DNA of 64,000 nucleotides. Origin: Auanema rhodensis. Its lineage: Eukaryota > Animalia > Nematoda. Shown here one piece after another: positions 38,401 through 53,200 of the stretch; the stretch's first letter is position 1, and each line of letters starts with the position of its first letter. Both the position numbers and the translations under genes were made by a program. Below the pieces are notes generated by a model. The model searched no databases. It was not told the DNA's origin and saw only the letters and a program-made list of their open reading frames with translations. The DNA lies in assembly GCA_964057225.1 (NCBI GenBank), contig OZ059900.1:24614001-24678000 (forward strand). Direction: 5' to 3'.

Positions 38401-41400
38401 ATGAGTTTGAACACATGAAATCGTAAGTCAAAACCTTGTTTACAGCGAAATTTCCAAAAACTGGTTTTCCAGCATAATAAAATATTTCTCATGGGAAATA
38501 CTGTGTTTTTGTATTTTTCTAGTGTTCAGCATGTAAAATGCTTCATTTTAGTATGTAACACGCTGAAATTCGTTGCATTTGACGAATCATATGAACAAAA
38601 ATCGATTTAATCAATATTAGCCATAAGGGGCGTGCCCTCAGAATATGCTAATTTCGTTAATTTTCTAACCCCTGTTTTTTTGTCGTGAAAGTGGAACTAG
38701 ACGTTGTACGAACAATTTTGAGCTAGGTTTCATTGACATTGCATGAGTTTGAACACATGAAATCGTAAGTCAAAACCTTGTTTACAGCGAAATTTCCAAA
38801 AACTGGTTTTCCAGCATAATAAAATATTTCTCATGGGAAATACTGTGTTTTTGTATTTTTCTAGTGTTCAGCATGTAAAATGCTTCATTTTAGTATGTAA
38901 CACGCTACAATTCGTTGCATTTGACGACTCATATGAACAAAAATCGATTTAATCAATATTAGCCATAAGGGGCGTGCCCTCAGAATATGCTAATTTCCTT
39001 AATTTTCTAACCCCTGTTTTTTTGTCGTGAAAGTGGAACTAGACGTTGTACGAACAATTTTGAGCTAGGTTTCATTGACATTGCATGAGTTTGAACACAT
39101 GAAATCGTAAGTCAAAACCTTGTTTACAGCGAAATTTCCAAAAACTGGTTTTCCAGCATAATAAAATATTTCTCATGGGAAATACTGTGTTTTTGTATTT
39201 TTCTAGTGTTCAGCATGTAAAATGCTTCATTTTAGTATGTAACACGCTGAAAGTCGTTGCATTTGACGACTCATATGAACAAAAATCGATTTAATCAATA
39301 TTAGCCATAAGGGGCGTGCCCTCAGAATATGCTAATTTCCTTAGTTTTCTAACCCCTGTTTTTTTGTCGTGAAAGTGGAACTAGACGTTGTACGAACAAT
39401 TTTGAGCTAGGTTTCATTGACATTGCATGAGTTTGAACACATGAAATCGTAAGTCAAAACCTTGTTTACAGCGAAATTTCCAAAAACTGGTTTTCCAGCA
39501 TAATAAAATATTTCTCATGGGAAATACTGTGTTTTTGTATTTTTCTAGTGTTCAGCATGTAAAATGCTTCATTTTAGTATGTAACACGCTGAAAGTCGTT
39601 GCATTTGACGACTCATATGAACAAAAATCGATTTAATCAATATTAGCCATAAGGGGCGTGCCCTCAGAATATGCTAATTTCCTTAATTTTCTAACCCCTG
39701 TTTTTTTTGTCGTGAAAGTGGAACTAGACGTTGTACGAACAATTTTGAGCTAGGTTTCATTGACATTGCATGAGTTTGAACACATGAAATCGTAGGTCAA
39801 AACCTTGTTTACAGCGAAATTTCCAAAAACTGGTTTTCCAGCATAATAAAATATTTCTCATGGGAAATACTGTGTTTTTGTATTTTTCTAGTGTTCAGCA
39901 TGTAAAATGCTTCATTTTAGTATGTAACACGCTGAAATTCGTTGCATTTGACGACTCATATGAACAAAAATCGATTTAATCAATATTAGCCATAAGGGGC
40001 GTGCCCTCAGACTATGCTAATTTCCTTAGTTTTCTAACCCCTGTTTTTTTGTCGTGAAAGTGGAACTAGACGTTGTACGAACATTTTTGAGCTATGTTTC
40101 ATTGACATTGCATGAGTTTGAACACATGAAATCGTAAGTCAAAACCTTGTTTACAGCGAAATTTCCAAAAACTGGTTTTCCAGCATAATAAAATATTTCT
40201 CATGGGAAATACTGTGTTTTTGTATTTTTCTAGTGTTCAGCATGTAAAATGCTTCATTTTAGTATGTAACACGCTGAAAGTCGTTGCATTTGACGACTCA
40301 TATGAACAAAAATCGATTTAATCAATATTAGCCATAAGGGGCGTGCCCTCAGAATATGCTAATTTCCTTAGTTTTCTAACCCCTGTTTTTTTGTCGTGAA
40401 AGTGGAACTAGACGTTGTACGAACAATTTTGAGCTAGGTTTCATTGACATTGCATGAGTTTGAACACATGAAATCGTAAGTCAAAACCTTGTTTACAGCG
40501 AAATTTCCAAAAACTGGTTTTCCAGCATAATAAAATATTTCTCATGGGAAATACTGTGTTTTTGTATTTTTCTAGTGTTCAGCATGTAAAATGCTTCATT
40601 TTAGTATGTAACACGCTGAAATTCGTTGCATTTGACGAATCATATGAACAAAAATCGATTTAATCAATATTAGCCATAAGGGGCGTGCCCTCAGAATATG
40701 CTAATTTCCTTAATTTTCTAACCCCTGTTTTTTTGTCGTGAAAGTGGAACTAGACGTTGTACGAACAATTTTGAGCTAGGTTTCATTGACATTGCATGAG
40801 TTTGAACACATGAAATCGTAAGTCAAAACCTTGTTTACAGCGAAATTTCCAAAAACTGGTTTTCCAGCATAATAAAATATTTCTCATGGGAAATACTGTG
40901 TTTTTGTATTTTTCTAGTGTTCAGCATGTAAAATGCTTCATTTTAGTATGTAACACGCTGAAATTCGTTGCATTTGACGACTCATATGAACAAAAATCGA
41001 TTTAATCAATATTAGCCATAAGGGGCGTGCCCTCAGAATATGCTAATTTCCTTAATTTTCTAACCCCTGTTTTTTTGTCGTGAAAGTGGAACTAGACGTT
41101 GTACGAACATTTTTGAGCTATGTTTCATTGACATTGCATGAGTTTGAACACATGAAATCGTAAGTCAAAACCTTGTTTACAGCGAAATTTCCAAAAACTG
41201 GTTTTCCAGCATAATAAAATATTTCTCATGGGAAATACTGTGTTTTTGTATTTTTCTAGTGTTCAGCATGTAAAATGCTTCATTTTAGTATGTAACACGC
41301 TGAAATTCGTTGCATTTGACGACTCATATGAACAAAAATCGATTTAATCAATATTAGCCATAAGGGGCGTGCCCTCAGAATATGCTAATTTCCTTAATTT

Positions 41401-44400
41401 TCTAACCCCTGTTTTTTTGTCGTGAAAGTGGAACTAGACGTTGTACGAACAATATTGAGCTAGGTTTCATTGACATTGCATGAGTTTGAACACATGAAAT
41501 CGTAAGTCAAAACCTTGTTTACAGCGAAATTTCCAAAAACTGGTTTTCCAGCATAATAAAATATTTCTCATGGGAAATACTGTGTTTTTGTATTTTTCTA
41601 GTGTTCAGCATGTAAAATGCTTCCTTTTAGTATGTAACACGCTGAAATTCGTTGCATTTGACGACTCATATGAACAAAAATCGATTTAATCAATATTAGC
41701 CATAAGGGGCGTGCCCTCAGAATATGCTAATTTCCTTAGTTTTCTAACCCCTGTTTTTTTGTCGTGAAAGTGGAACTAGACGTTGTACGAACAATTTTGA
41801 GCTAGGTTTCATTGACATTGCATGAGTTTGAACACATGAAATCGTAAGTCAAAACCTTGTTTACAGCAAAATTTCCAAAAACTGGTTTTCCAGCATAATA
41901 AAATATTTCTCATGGGAAATACTGTGTTTTTGTATTTTTCTAGTGTTCAGCATGTAAAATGCTTCATTTTAGTATGTAACACGCTGAAATTCGTTGCATT
42001 TGACGACTCATATGAACAAAAATCGATTTAATCAATATTAGCCATAAGGGGCGTGCCCTCAGAATATGCTAATTTCCTTAATTTTCGAACCCCTGTTTTT
42101 TTGTCGTGAAAGTGGAACTAGACGTTGTACGAACAATTTTGAGCTATGTTTCATTGACATTGCATGAGTTTGAACACATGAAATCGTAAGTCAAAACCTT
42201 GTTTACAGCGAAATTTCCAAAAACTGGTTTTCCAGCATAATAAAATATTTCTCATGGGAAATACTGTGTTTTTGTATTTTTCTAGTGTTCAGCATGTAAA
42301 ATGCTTCATTTTAGTATGTAACACGCTGAAATTCGTTGCATTTGACGACTCATATGAACAAAAATCGATTTAATCAATATTAGCCATAAGGGGCGTGCCC
42401 TCAGAATATGCTAATTTCCTTAATTTTCTAACCCCTGTTTTTTTGTCGTGAAAGTGAAACTAGACGTTGTACGAACAATTTTGAGCTAGGTTTCATTGAC
42501 ATTGCATGAGTTTGAACACATGAAATCGTAAGTCAAAACCTTGTTTACAGCGAAATTTCCAAAAACTGGTTTTCCAGCATAATAAAATATTTCTCATGGG
42601 AAATACTGTGTTTTTGTATTTTTCTAGTGTTCAGCATGTAAAATGCTTCATTTTAGTATGTAACACGCTGAAATTCGTTGCATTTGACGACTCATATGAA
42701 CAAAAATCGATTTAATCAATATTAGCCATAAGGGGCGTGCCCTCAGAATATGCTAATTTCCTTAATTTTCTAACCCCTGTTTTTTTGTCGTGAAAGTGGA
42801 ACTAGACGTTGTACGAACATTTTTGAGCTATGTTTCATTGACATTGCATGAGTTTGAACACATGAAATCGTAAGTCAAAACCTTGTTTACAGCGAAATTT
42901 CCAAAAACTGGTTTTCCAGCATAATAAAATATTTCTCATGGGAAATACTGTGTTTTTGTATTTTTCTAGTGTTCAGCATGTAAAATGCTTCATTTTAGTA
43001 TGTAACACGCTGAAATTCGTTGCATTTGACGACTCATATGAACAAAAATCGATTTAATCAATATTAGCCATAAGGGGCGTGCCCTCAGAATATGCTAATT
43101 TCCTTAATTTTCTAACCCCTGTTTTTTTGTCGTGAAAGTGGAACTAGACGTTGTACGAACAATTTTGAGCTAGGTTTCATTGACATTGCATGAGTTTGAA
43201 CACATGAAATCGTAAGTCAAAACCTTGTTTACAGCGAAATTTCCAAAAACTGGTTTTCCAGCATAATAAAATATTTCTCATGGGAAATACTGTGTTTTTG
43301 TATTTTTCTAGTGTTCAGCATGTAAAATGCTTCCTTTTAGTATGTAACACGCTGAAATTCGTTGCATTTGACGACTCATATGAACAAAAATCGATTTAAT
43401 CAATATTAGCCATAAGGGGCGTGCCCTCAGAATATGCTAATTTCCTTAGTTTTCTAACCCCTGTTTTTTTGTCGTGAAAGTGGAACTAGACGTTGTACGA
43501 ACAATTTTGAGCTAGGTTTCATTGACATTGCATGAGTTTGAACACATGAAATCGTAAGTCAAAACCTTGTTTACAGCGAAATTTCCAAAAACTGGTTTTC
43601 CAGCATAATAAAATATTTCTCATGGGAAATACTGTGTTTTTGTATTTTTCTAGTGTTCAGCATGTAAAATGCTTCATTTTAGTATGTAACACGCTGAAAT
43701 TCGTTGCATTTGACGAATCATATGAACAAAAATCGATTTAATCAATATTAGCCATAAGGGGCGTGCCCTCAGAATATGCTAATTTCCTTAATTTTCTAAC
43801 CCCTGTTTTTTTGTCGTGAAAGTGGAACTAGACGTTGTACGAACAATTTTGAGCTAGGTTTCATTGACATTGCATGAGTTTGAACACATGAAATCGTAAG
43901 TCAAAACCTTGTTTACAGCGAAATTTCCAAAAACTGGTTTTCCAGCATAATAAAATATTTCTCATGGGAAATACTGTGTTTTTGTATTTTTCTAGTGTTC
44001 AGCATGTAAAATGCTTCATTTTAGTATGTAACACGCTGAAATTCGTTGCATTTGACGACTCATATGAACAAAAATCGATTTAATCAATATTAGCCATAAG
44101 GGGCGTGCCCTCAGAATATGCTAATTTCCTTAGTTTTCTAACCCCTGTTTTTTTGTCGTGAAAGTGGAACTAGACGTTGTACAAACAATTTTGAGCTAGG
44201 TTTCATTGACATTGCATGAGTTTGAACACATGAAATCGTAAGTCAAAACCTTGTTTACAGCGAAATTTCCAAAAACTGGTTTTCCAGCATAATAAAATAT
44301 TTCTCATGGGAAATACTGTGTTTTTGTATTTTTCTAGTGTTCAGCATGTAAAATGCTTCATTTTAGTATGTAACACGCTGAAATTCGTTGCATTTGACGA

Positions 44401-47281
44401 CTCATATGAACAAAAATCGATTTAATCAATATTAGCCATAAGGGGCGTGCCCTCAGAATATGCTAATTTCCTTAATTTTCTAACCCCTGTTTTTTTGTCG
44501 TGAAAGTGGAACTAGACGTTGTACGAACATTTTTGAGCTATGTTTCATTGACATTGCATGAGTTTGAACACATGAAATCGTAAGTCAAAACCTTGTTTAC
44601 AGCGAAATTTCCAAAAACTGGTTTTCCAGCATAATAAAATATTTCTCATGGGAAATACTGTGTTTTTGTATTTTTCTAGTGTTCAGCATGTAAAATGCTT
44701 CATTTTAGTATGTAACACGCTGAAATTCGTTGCATTTGACGACTCATATGAACAAAAATCGATTTAATCAATATTAGCCATAAGGGGCGTGCCCTCAGAA
44801 TATGCTAATTTCCTTAATTTTCTAACCCCTGTTTTTTTGTCGTGAAAGTGGAACTAGACGTTGTACGAACAATTTTGAGCTAGGTTTCATTGACATTGCA
44901 TGAGTTTGAACACATGAAATCGTAAGTCAAAACCTTGTTTACAGCGAAATTTCCAAAAACTGGTTTTCCAGCATAATAAAATATTTCTCATGGGAAATAC
45001 TGTGTTTTTGTATTTTTCTAGTGTTCAGCATGTAAAATGCTTCCTTTTAGTATGTAACACGCTGAAATTCGTTGCATTTGACGACTCATATGAACAAAAA
45101 TCGATTTAATCAATATTAGCCATAAGGGGCGTGCCCTCAGAATATGCTAATTTCCTTAGTTTTCTAACCCCTGTTTTTTTGTCGTGAAAGTGGAACTAGA
45201 CGTTGTACGAACAATTTTGAGCTAGGTTTCATTGACATTGCATGAGTTTGAACACATGAAATCGTAAGTCAAAACCTTGTTTACAGCGAAATTTCCAAAA
45301 ACTGGTTTTCCAGCATAATAAAATATTTCTCATGGGAAATACTGTGTTTTTGTATTTTTCTAGTGTTCAGCATGTAAAATGCTTCATTTTAGTATGTAAC
45401 ACGCTGAAATTCGTTGCATTTGACGACTCATATGAACAAAAATCGATTTAATCAATATTAGCCATAAGGGGCGTGCCCTCAGAATATGCTAATTTCCTTA
45501 ATTTTCTAACCCCTGTTTTTTTGTCGTGAAAGTGGAACTAGACGTTGTACGAACAATTTTGAGCTATGTTTCATTGACATTGCATGAGTTTGAACACATG
45601 AAATCGTAAGTCAAAACCTTGTTTACAGCGAAATTTCCAAAAACTGGTTTTCCAGCATAATAAAATATTTCTCATGGGAAATACTGTGTTTTTGTATTTT
45701 TCTAGTGTTCAGCATGTAAAATGCTTCATTTTAGTATGTAACACGCTGAAATTCGTTGCATTTGACGACTCATATGAACAAAAATCGATTTAATCAATAT
45801 TAGCCATAAGGGGCGTGCCCTCAGAATATGCTAATTTCCTTAATTTTCTAACCCCTGTTTTTTTGTCGTGAAAGTGGAACTAGACGTTGTACGAACAATT
45901 TTGAGCTAGGTTTCATTGACATTGCATGAGTTTGAACACATGAAATCGTAAGTCAAAACCTTGTTTACAGCGAAATTTCCAAAAACTGGTTTTCCAGCAT
46001 AATAAAATATTTCTCATGAGAAATACTGTGTTTTTGTATTTTTCTAGTGTTCAGCATGTAAAATGCTTCATTTCAGTATGTAACACGCTGAAATTCGTTG
46101 CATTTGACGACTCATATGAACAAAAATCGATTTAATCAATATTAGCCATAAGGGGCGTGCCCTCAGAATATGCTAATTTCCTTAATTTTCTAACCCCTGT
46201 TTTTTTGTCGTGAAAGTGGAACTAGACGTTGTACGAACAATTTTGAGCTAGGTTTCATTGACATTGCATGAGTTTGAACACATGAAATCGTAAGTCAAAA
46301 CCTTGTTTACAGCGAAATTTCCAAAAACTGGTTTTCCAGCATAATAAAATATTTCTCATGGGAAATACTGTGTTTTTGTATTTTTCTAGTGTTCAGCATG
46401 TAAAATGCTTCATTTTAGTATGTAACACGCTGAAATTCGTTGCATTTGACGACTCATATGAACAAAAATCGATTTAATCAATATTAGCCATAAGGGGCGT
46501 GCCCTCAGAATATGCTAATTTCCTTAATTTTCTAACCCCTGTTTTTTTGTCGTGAAAGTGGAACTAGACGTTGTACGAACAATTTTGAGCTAGGTTTCAT
46601 TGACATTGCATGAGTTTGAACACATGAAATCGTAAGTCAAAACCTTGTTTACAGCGAAATTTCCAAAAACTGGTTTTCCAGCATAATAAAATATTTCTCA
46701 TGAGAAATACTGTGTTTTTGTATTTTTCTAGTGTTCAGCATGTAAAATGCTTCATTTTAGTATGTAACACGCTGAAATTCGTTGCATTTGACGACTCATA
46801 TGAACAAAAATCGATTTAATCAATATTAGCCATAAGGGGCGTGCCCTCAGAATATGCTAATTTCCTTAATTTTCTAACCCCTGTTTTTTTGTCGTGAAAG
46901 TGGAACTAGACGTTGTACGAACAATTTTGAGCTAGGTTTCATTGACATTGCATGAGTTTGAACACATGAAATCGTAAGTCAAAACCTTGTTTACAGCGAA
47001 ATTTCCAAAAACTGGTTTTCCAGCATAATAAAATATTTCTCATGGGAAATACTGTGTTTTTGTATTTTTCTAGTGTTCAGCATGTAAAATGCTTCATTTT
47101 AGTATGTAACACGCTGAAATTCGTTGCATTTGACGACTCATATGAACAAAAATCGATTTAATCAATATTAGCCATAAGGGGCGTGCCCTCAGAATATGCT
47201 AATTTCCTTAATTTTCTAACCCCTGTTTTTTTGTCGTGAAAGTGGAACTAGACGTTGTACGAACAATTTTGAGCTAGGTTT
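35475..47281. repeat. Array domain C (markers T181G, C198A, A272G, A327T/G338T, A157C)
   Basis: GAAAGTCG first appears at 35997 and GACGAATC at 37218. GCTATGTTT appears from about 40095. Domain B markers largely disappear. Confidence 0.8.
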
Positions 47282-50200
47282 CATTGACATTGCATGAGTT
47301 TGAACACATGAAATCGTAAGTCAAAACCTTGTTTACAGCGAAATTTCCAAAAACTGGTTTTCCAGCATAATAAAATATTTCTCATGGGAAATACTGTGTT
47401 TTTGTATTTTTCTAGTGTTCAGCATGTAAAATGCTTCATTTTAGTATGTAACACGCTGAAATTCGTTGCATTTGACGACTCATATGAACAAAAATCGATT
47501 TAATCAATATTAGCCATAAGGGGCGTGCCCTCAGAATATGCTAATTTCCTTAATTTTCTAACCCTTGTTTTTTTGTCGTGAAAGTGGAACTAGACGTTGT
47601 ACGAACAATTTTGAGCTAGGTTTCATTGACATTGCATTTAGTTTGAACACATGAAATCGTAAGTCAAAACCTTGTTTACAGCGAAATTTCCAAAAACTGG
47701 TTTTCCAGCATAATAAAATATTTCTCATGGGAAATACTGTGTTTTTGTATTTTTCTAGTGTTCAGCATGTAAAATGCTTCATTTTAGTATGTAACACGCT
47801 GAAATTCGTTGCATTTGACGACTCATATGAACAAAAATCGATTTAATCAATATTAGCCATAAGGGGCGTGCCCTCAGAATATGCTAATTTCCTTAATTTT
47901 CTAACCCCTGTTTTTTTGTCGTGAAAGTGGAACTAGACGTTGTACGAACAATTTTGAGCTAGGTTTCATTGACATTGCATGAGTTTGAACACATGAAATC
48001 GTAAGTCAAAACCTTGTTTACAGCGAAATTTCCAAAAACTGGTTTTCCAGCATAATAAAATATTTCTCATGGGAAATACTGTGTTTTTGTATTTTTCTAG
48101 TGTTCAGCATGTAAAATGCTTCATTTTAGTATGTAACACGCTGAAATTCGTTGCATTTGACGACTCATATGAACAAAAATCGATTTAATCAATATTAGCC
48201 ATAAGGGGCGTGCCCTCAGAATATGCTAATTTCCTTAATTTTCTAACCCCTGTTTTTTTGTCGTGAAAGTGGAACTAGACGTTGTACGAACAATTTTGAG
48301 CTAGGTTTCATTGACATTGCATGAGTTTGAACACATGAAATCGTAAGTCAAAACCTTGTTTACAGCGAAATTTCCAAAAACTGGTTTTCCAGCATAATAA
48401 AATATTTCTCATGGGAAATACTGTGTTTTTGTATTTTTCTAGTGTTCAGCATGTAAAATGCTTCATTTTAGTATGTAACACGCTGAAAGTCGTTGCATTT
48501 GACGACTCATATGAACAAAAATCGATTTAATCAATATTAGCCATAAGGGGCGTGCCCTCAGAATATGCTAATTTCCTTAGTTTTCTAACCCCTGTTTTTT
48601 TGTCGTGAAAGTGGAACTAGACGTTGTACGAACAATTTTGAGCTAGGTTTCATTGACATTGCATGAGTTTGAACACATGAAATCGTAAGTCAAAACCTTG
48701 TTTACAGCGAAATTTCCAAAAACTGGTTTTCCAGCATAATAAAATATTTCTCATGGGAAATACTGTGTTTTTGTATTTTTCTAGTGTTCAGCATGTAAAA
48801 TGCTTCATTTTAGTATGTAACACGCTGAAATTCGTTGCATTTGACGACTCATATGAACAAAAATCGATTTAATCAATATTAGCCATAAGGGGCGTGCCCT
48901 CAGAATATGCTAATTTCCTTAATTTTCTAACCCTTGTTTTTTTGTCGTGAAAGTGGAACTAGACGTTGTACGAACAATTTTGAGCTAGGTTTCATTGACA
49001 TTGCATTTAGTTTGAACACATGAAATCGTAAGTCAAAACCTTGTTTACAGCGAAATTTCCAAAAACTGGTTTTCCAGCATAATAAAATATTTCTCATGGG
49101 AAATACTGTGTTTTTGTATTTTTCTAGTGTTCAGCATGTAAAATGCTTCATTTTAGTATGTAACACGCTGAAATTCGTTGCATTTGACGACTCATATGAA
49201 CAAAAATCGATTTAATCAATATTAGCCATAAGGGGCGTGCCCTCAGAATATGCTAATTTCCTTAATTTTCTAACCCCTGTTTTTTTGTCGTGAAAGTGGA
49301 ACTAGACGTTGTACGAACAATTTTGAGCTAGGTTTCATTGACATTGCATGAGTTTGAACACATGAAATCGTAAGTCAAAACCTTGTTTACAGCGAAATTT
49401 CCAAAAACTGGTTTTCCAGCATAATAAAATATTTCTCATGGGAAATACTGTGTTTTTGTATTTTTCTAGTGTTCAGCATGTAAAATGCTTCATTTTAGTA
49501 TGTAACACGCTGAAAGTCGTTGCATTTGACGACTCATATGAACAAAAATCGATTTAATCAATATTAGCCATAAGGGGCGTGCCCTCAGAATATGCTAATT
49601 TCCTTAATTTTCTAACCCCTGTTTTTTTGTCGTGAAAGTGGAACTAGACGTTGTACGAACAATTTTGAGCTAGGTTTCATTGACATTGCATGAGTTTGAA
49701 CACATGAAATCGTAAGTCAAAACCTTGTTTACAGCGAAATTTCCAAAAACTGGTTTTCCAGCATAATAAAATATTTCTCATGGGAAATACTGTGTTTTTG
49801 TATTTTTCTAGTGTTCAGCATGTAAAATGCTTCATTTTAGTATGTAACACGCTGAAATTCGTTGCATTTGACGACTCATATGAACAAAAATCGATTTAAT
49901 CAATATTAGCCATAAGGGGCGTGCCCTCAGAATATGCTAATTTCCTTAATTTTCTAACCCTTGTTTTTTTGTCGTGAAAGTGGAACTAGACGTTGTACGA
50001 ACAATTTTGAGCTAGGTTTCATTGACATTGCATTTAGTTTGAACACATGAAATCGTAAGTCAAAACCTTGTTTACAGCGAAATTTCCAAAAACTGGTTTT
50101 CCAGCATAATAAAATATTTCTCATGGGAAATACTGTGTTTTTGTATTTTTCTAGTGTTCAGCATGTAAAATGCTTCATTTTAGTATGTAACACGCTGAAA

Positions 50201-53200
50201 TTCGTTGCATTTGACGACTCATATGAACAAAAATCGATTTAATCAATATTAGCCATAAGGGGCGTGCCCTCAGAATATGCTAATTTCCTTAATTTTCTAA
50301 CCCCTGTTTTTTTGTCGTGAAAGTGGAACTAGACGTTGTACGAACAATTTTGAGCTAGGTTTCATTGACATTGCATGAGTTTGAACACATGAAATCGTAA
50401 GTCAAAACCTTGTTTACAGCGAAATTTCCAAAAACTGGTTTTCCAGCATAATAAAATATTTCTCATGGGAAATACTGTGTTTTTGTATTTTTCTAGTGTT
50501 CAGCATGTAAAATGCTTCATTTTAGTATGTAACACGCTGAAATTCGTTGCATTTGACGACTCATATGAACAAAAATCGATTTAATCAATATTAGCCATAA
50601 GGGGCGTGCCCTCAGAATATGCTAATTTCCTTAATTTTCTAACCCCTGTTTTTTTGTCGTGAAAGTGGAACTAGACGTTGTACGAACAATTTTGAGCTAG
50701 GTTTCATTGACATTGCATGAGTTTGAACACATGAAATCGTAAGTCAAAACCTTGTTTACAGCGAAATTTCCAAAAACTGGTTTTCCAGCATAATAAAATA
50801 TTTCTCATGGGAAATACTGTGTTTTTGTATTTTTCTAGTGTTCAGCATGTAAAATGCTTCATTTTAGTATGTAACACGCTGAAAGTCGTTGCATTTGACG
50901 ACTCATATGAACAAAAATCGATTTAATCAATATTAGCCATAAGGGGCGTGCCCTCAGAATATGCTAATTTCCTTAGTTTTCTAACCCCTGTTTTTTTGTC
51001 GTGAAAGTGGAACTAGACGTTGTACGAACAATTTTGAGCTAGGTTTCATTGACATTGCATGAGTTTGAACACATGAAATCGTAAGTCAAAACCTTGTTTA
51101 CAGCGAAATTTCCAAAAACTGGTTTTCCAGCATAATAAAATATTTCTCATGGGAAATACTGTGTTTTTGTATTTTTCTAGTGTTCAGCATGTAAAATGCT
51201 TCATTTTAGTATGTAACACGCTGAAATTCGTTGCATTTGACGACTCATATGAACAAAAATCGATTTAATCAATATTAGCCATAAGGGGCGTGCCCTCAGA
51301 ATATGCTAATTTCCTTAATTTTCTAACCCTTGTTTTTTTGTCGTGAAAGTGGAACTAGACGTTGTACGAACAATTTTGAGCTAGGTTTCATTGACATTGC
51401 ATGAGTTTGAACACATGAAATCGTAAGTCAAAACCTTGTTTACAGCGAAATTTCCAAAAACTGGTTTTCCAGCATAATAAAATATTTCTCATGGGAAATA
51501 CTGTGTTTTTGTATTTTTCTAGTGTTCAGCATGTAAAATGCTTCATTTTAGTATGTAACACGCTGAAATTCGTTGCATTTGACGACTCTGATGAACAAAA
51601 ATCGATTTAATCAATATTAGCCATAAGGGGCGTGCCCTCAGAATATGCTAATTTCCTTAATTTTCTAACCCCTGTTTTTTTGTCGTGAAAGTGGAACTAG
51701 ACGTTGTACGAACAATTTTGAGCTAGGTTTCATTGACATTGCATGAGTTTGAACACATGAAATCGTAAGTCAAAACCTTGTTTACAGCGAAATTTCCAAA
51801 AACTGGTTTTCCAGCATAATAAAATATTTCTCATGGGAAATACTGTGTTTTTGTATTTTTCTAGTGTTCAGCATGTAAAATGCTTCATTTTAGTATGTAA
51901 CACGCTGAAAGTCGTTGCATTTGACGACTCATATGAACAAAAATCGATTTAATCAATATTAGCCATAAGGGGCGTGCCCTCAGAATATGCTAATTTCCTT
52001 AATTTTCTAACCCCTGTTTTTTTGTCGTGAAAGTGGAACTAGACGTTGTACGAACAATTTTGAGCTAGGTTTCATTGACATTGCATGAGTTTGAACACAT
52101 GAAATCGTAAGTCAAAACCTTGTTTACAGCGAAATTTCCAAAAACTGGTTTTCCAGCATAATAAAATATTTCTCATGGGAAATACTGTGTTTTTGTATTT
52201 TTCTAGTGTTCAGCATGTAAAATGCTTCATTTTAGTATGTAACACGCTGAAATTCGTTGCATTTGACGACTCATATGAACAAAAATCGATTTAATCAATA
52301 TTAGCCATAAGGGGCGTGCCCTCAGAATATGCTAATTTCCTTAATTTTCTAACCCTTGTTTTTTTGTCGTGAAAGTGGAACTAGACGTTGTACGAACAAT
52401 TTTGAGCTAGGTTTCATTGACATTGCATGAGTTTGAACACATGAAATCGTAAGTCAAAACCTTGTTTACAGCGAAATTTCCAAAAACTGGTTTTCCAGCA
52501 TAATAAAATATTTCTCATGGGAAATACTGTGTTTTTGTATTTTTCTAGTGTTCAGCATGTAAAATGCTTCATTTTAGTATGTAACACGCTGAAATTCGTT
52601 GCATTTGACGACTCATATGAACAAAAATCGATTTAATCAATATTAGCCATAAGGGGCGTGCCCTCAGAATATGCTAATTTCCTTAATTTTCTAACCCCTG
52701 TTTTTTTGTCGTGAAAGTGGAACTAGACGTTGTACGAACAATTTTGAGCTAGGTTTCATTGACATTGCATGAGTTTGAACACATGAAATCGTAAGTCAAA
52801 ACCTTGTTTACAGCGAAATTTCCAAAAACTGGTTTTCCAGCATAATAAAATATTTCTCATGGGAAATACTGTGTTTTTGTATTTTTCTAGTGTTCAGCAT
52901 GTAAAATGCTTCATTTTAGTATGTAACACGCTGAAATTCGTTGCATTTGACGACTCATATGAACAAAAATCGATTTAATCAATATTAGCCATAAGGGGCG
53001 TGCCCTCAGAATATGCTAATTTCCTTAATTTTCTAACCCCTGTTTTTTTGTCGTGAAAGTGGAACTAGACGTTGTACGAACAATTTTGAGCTAGGTTTCA
53101 TTGACATTGCATGAGTTTGAACACATGAAATCGTAAGTCAAAACCTTGTTTACAGCGAAATTTCCAAAAACTGGTTTTCCAGCATAATAAAATATTTCTC

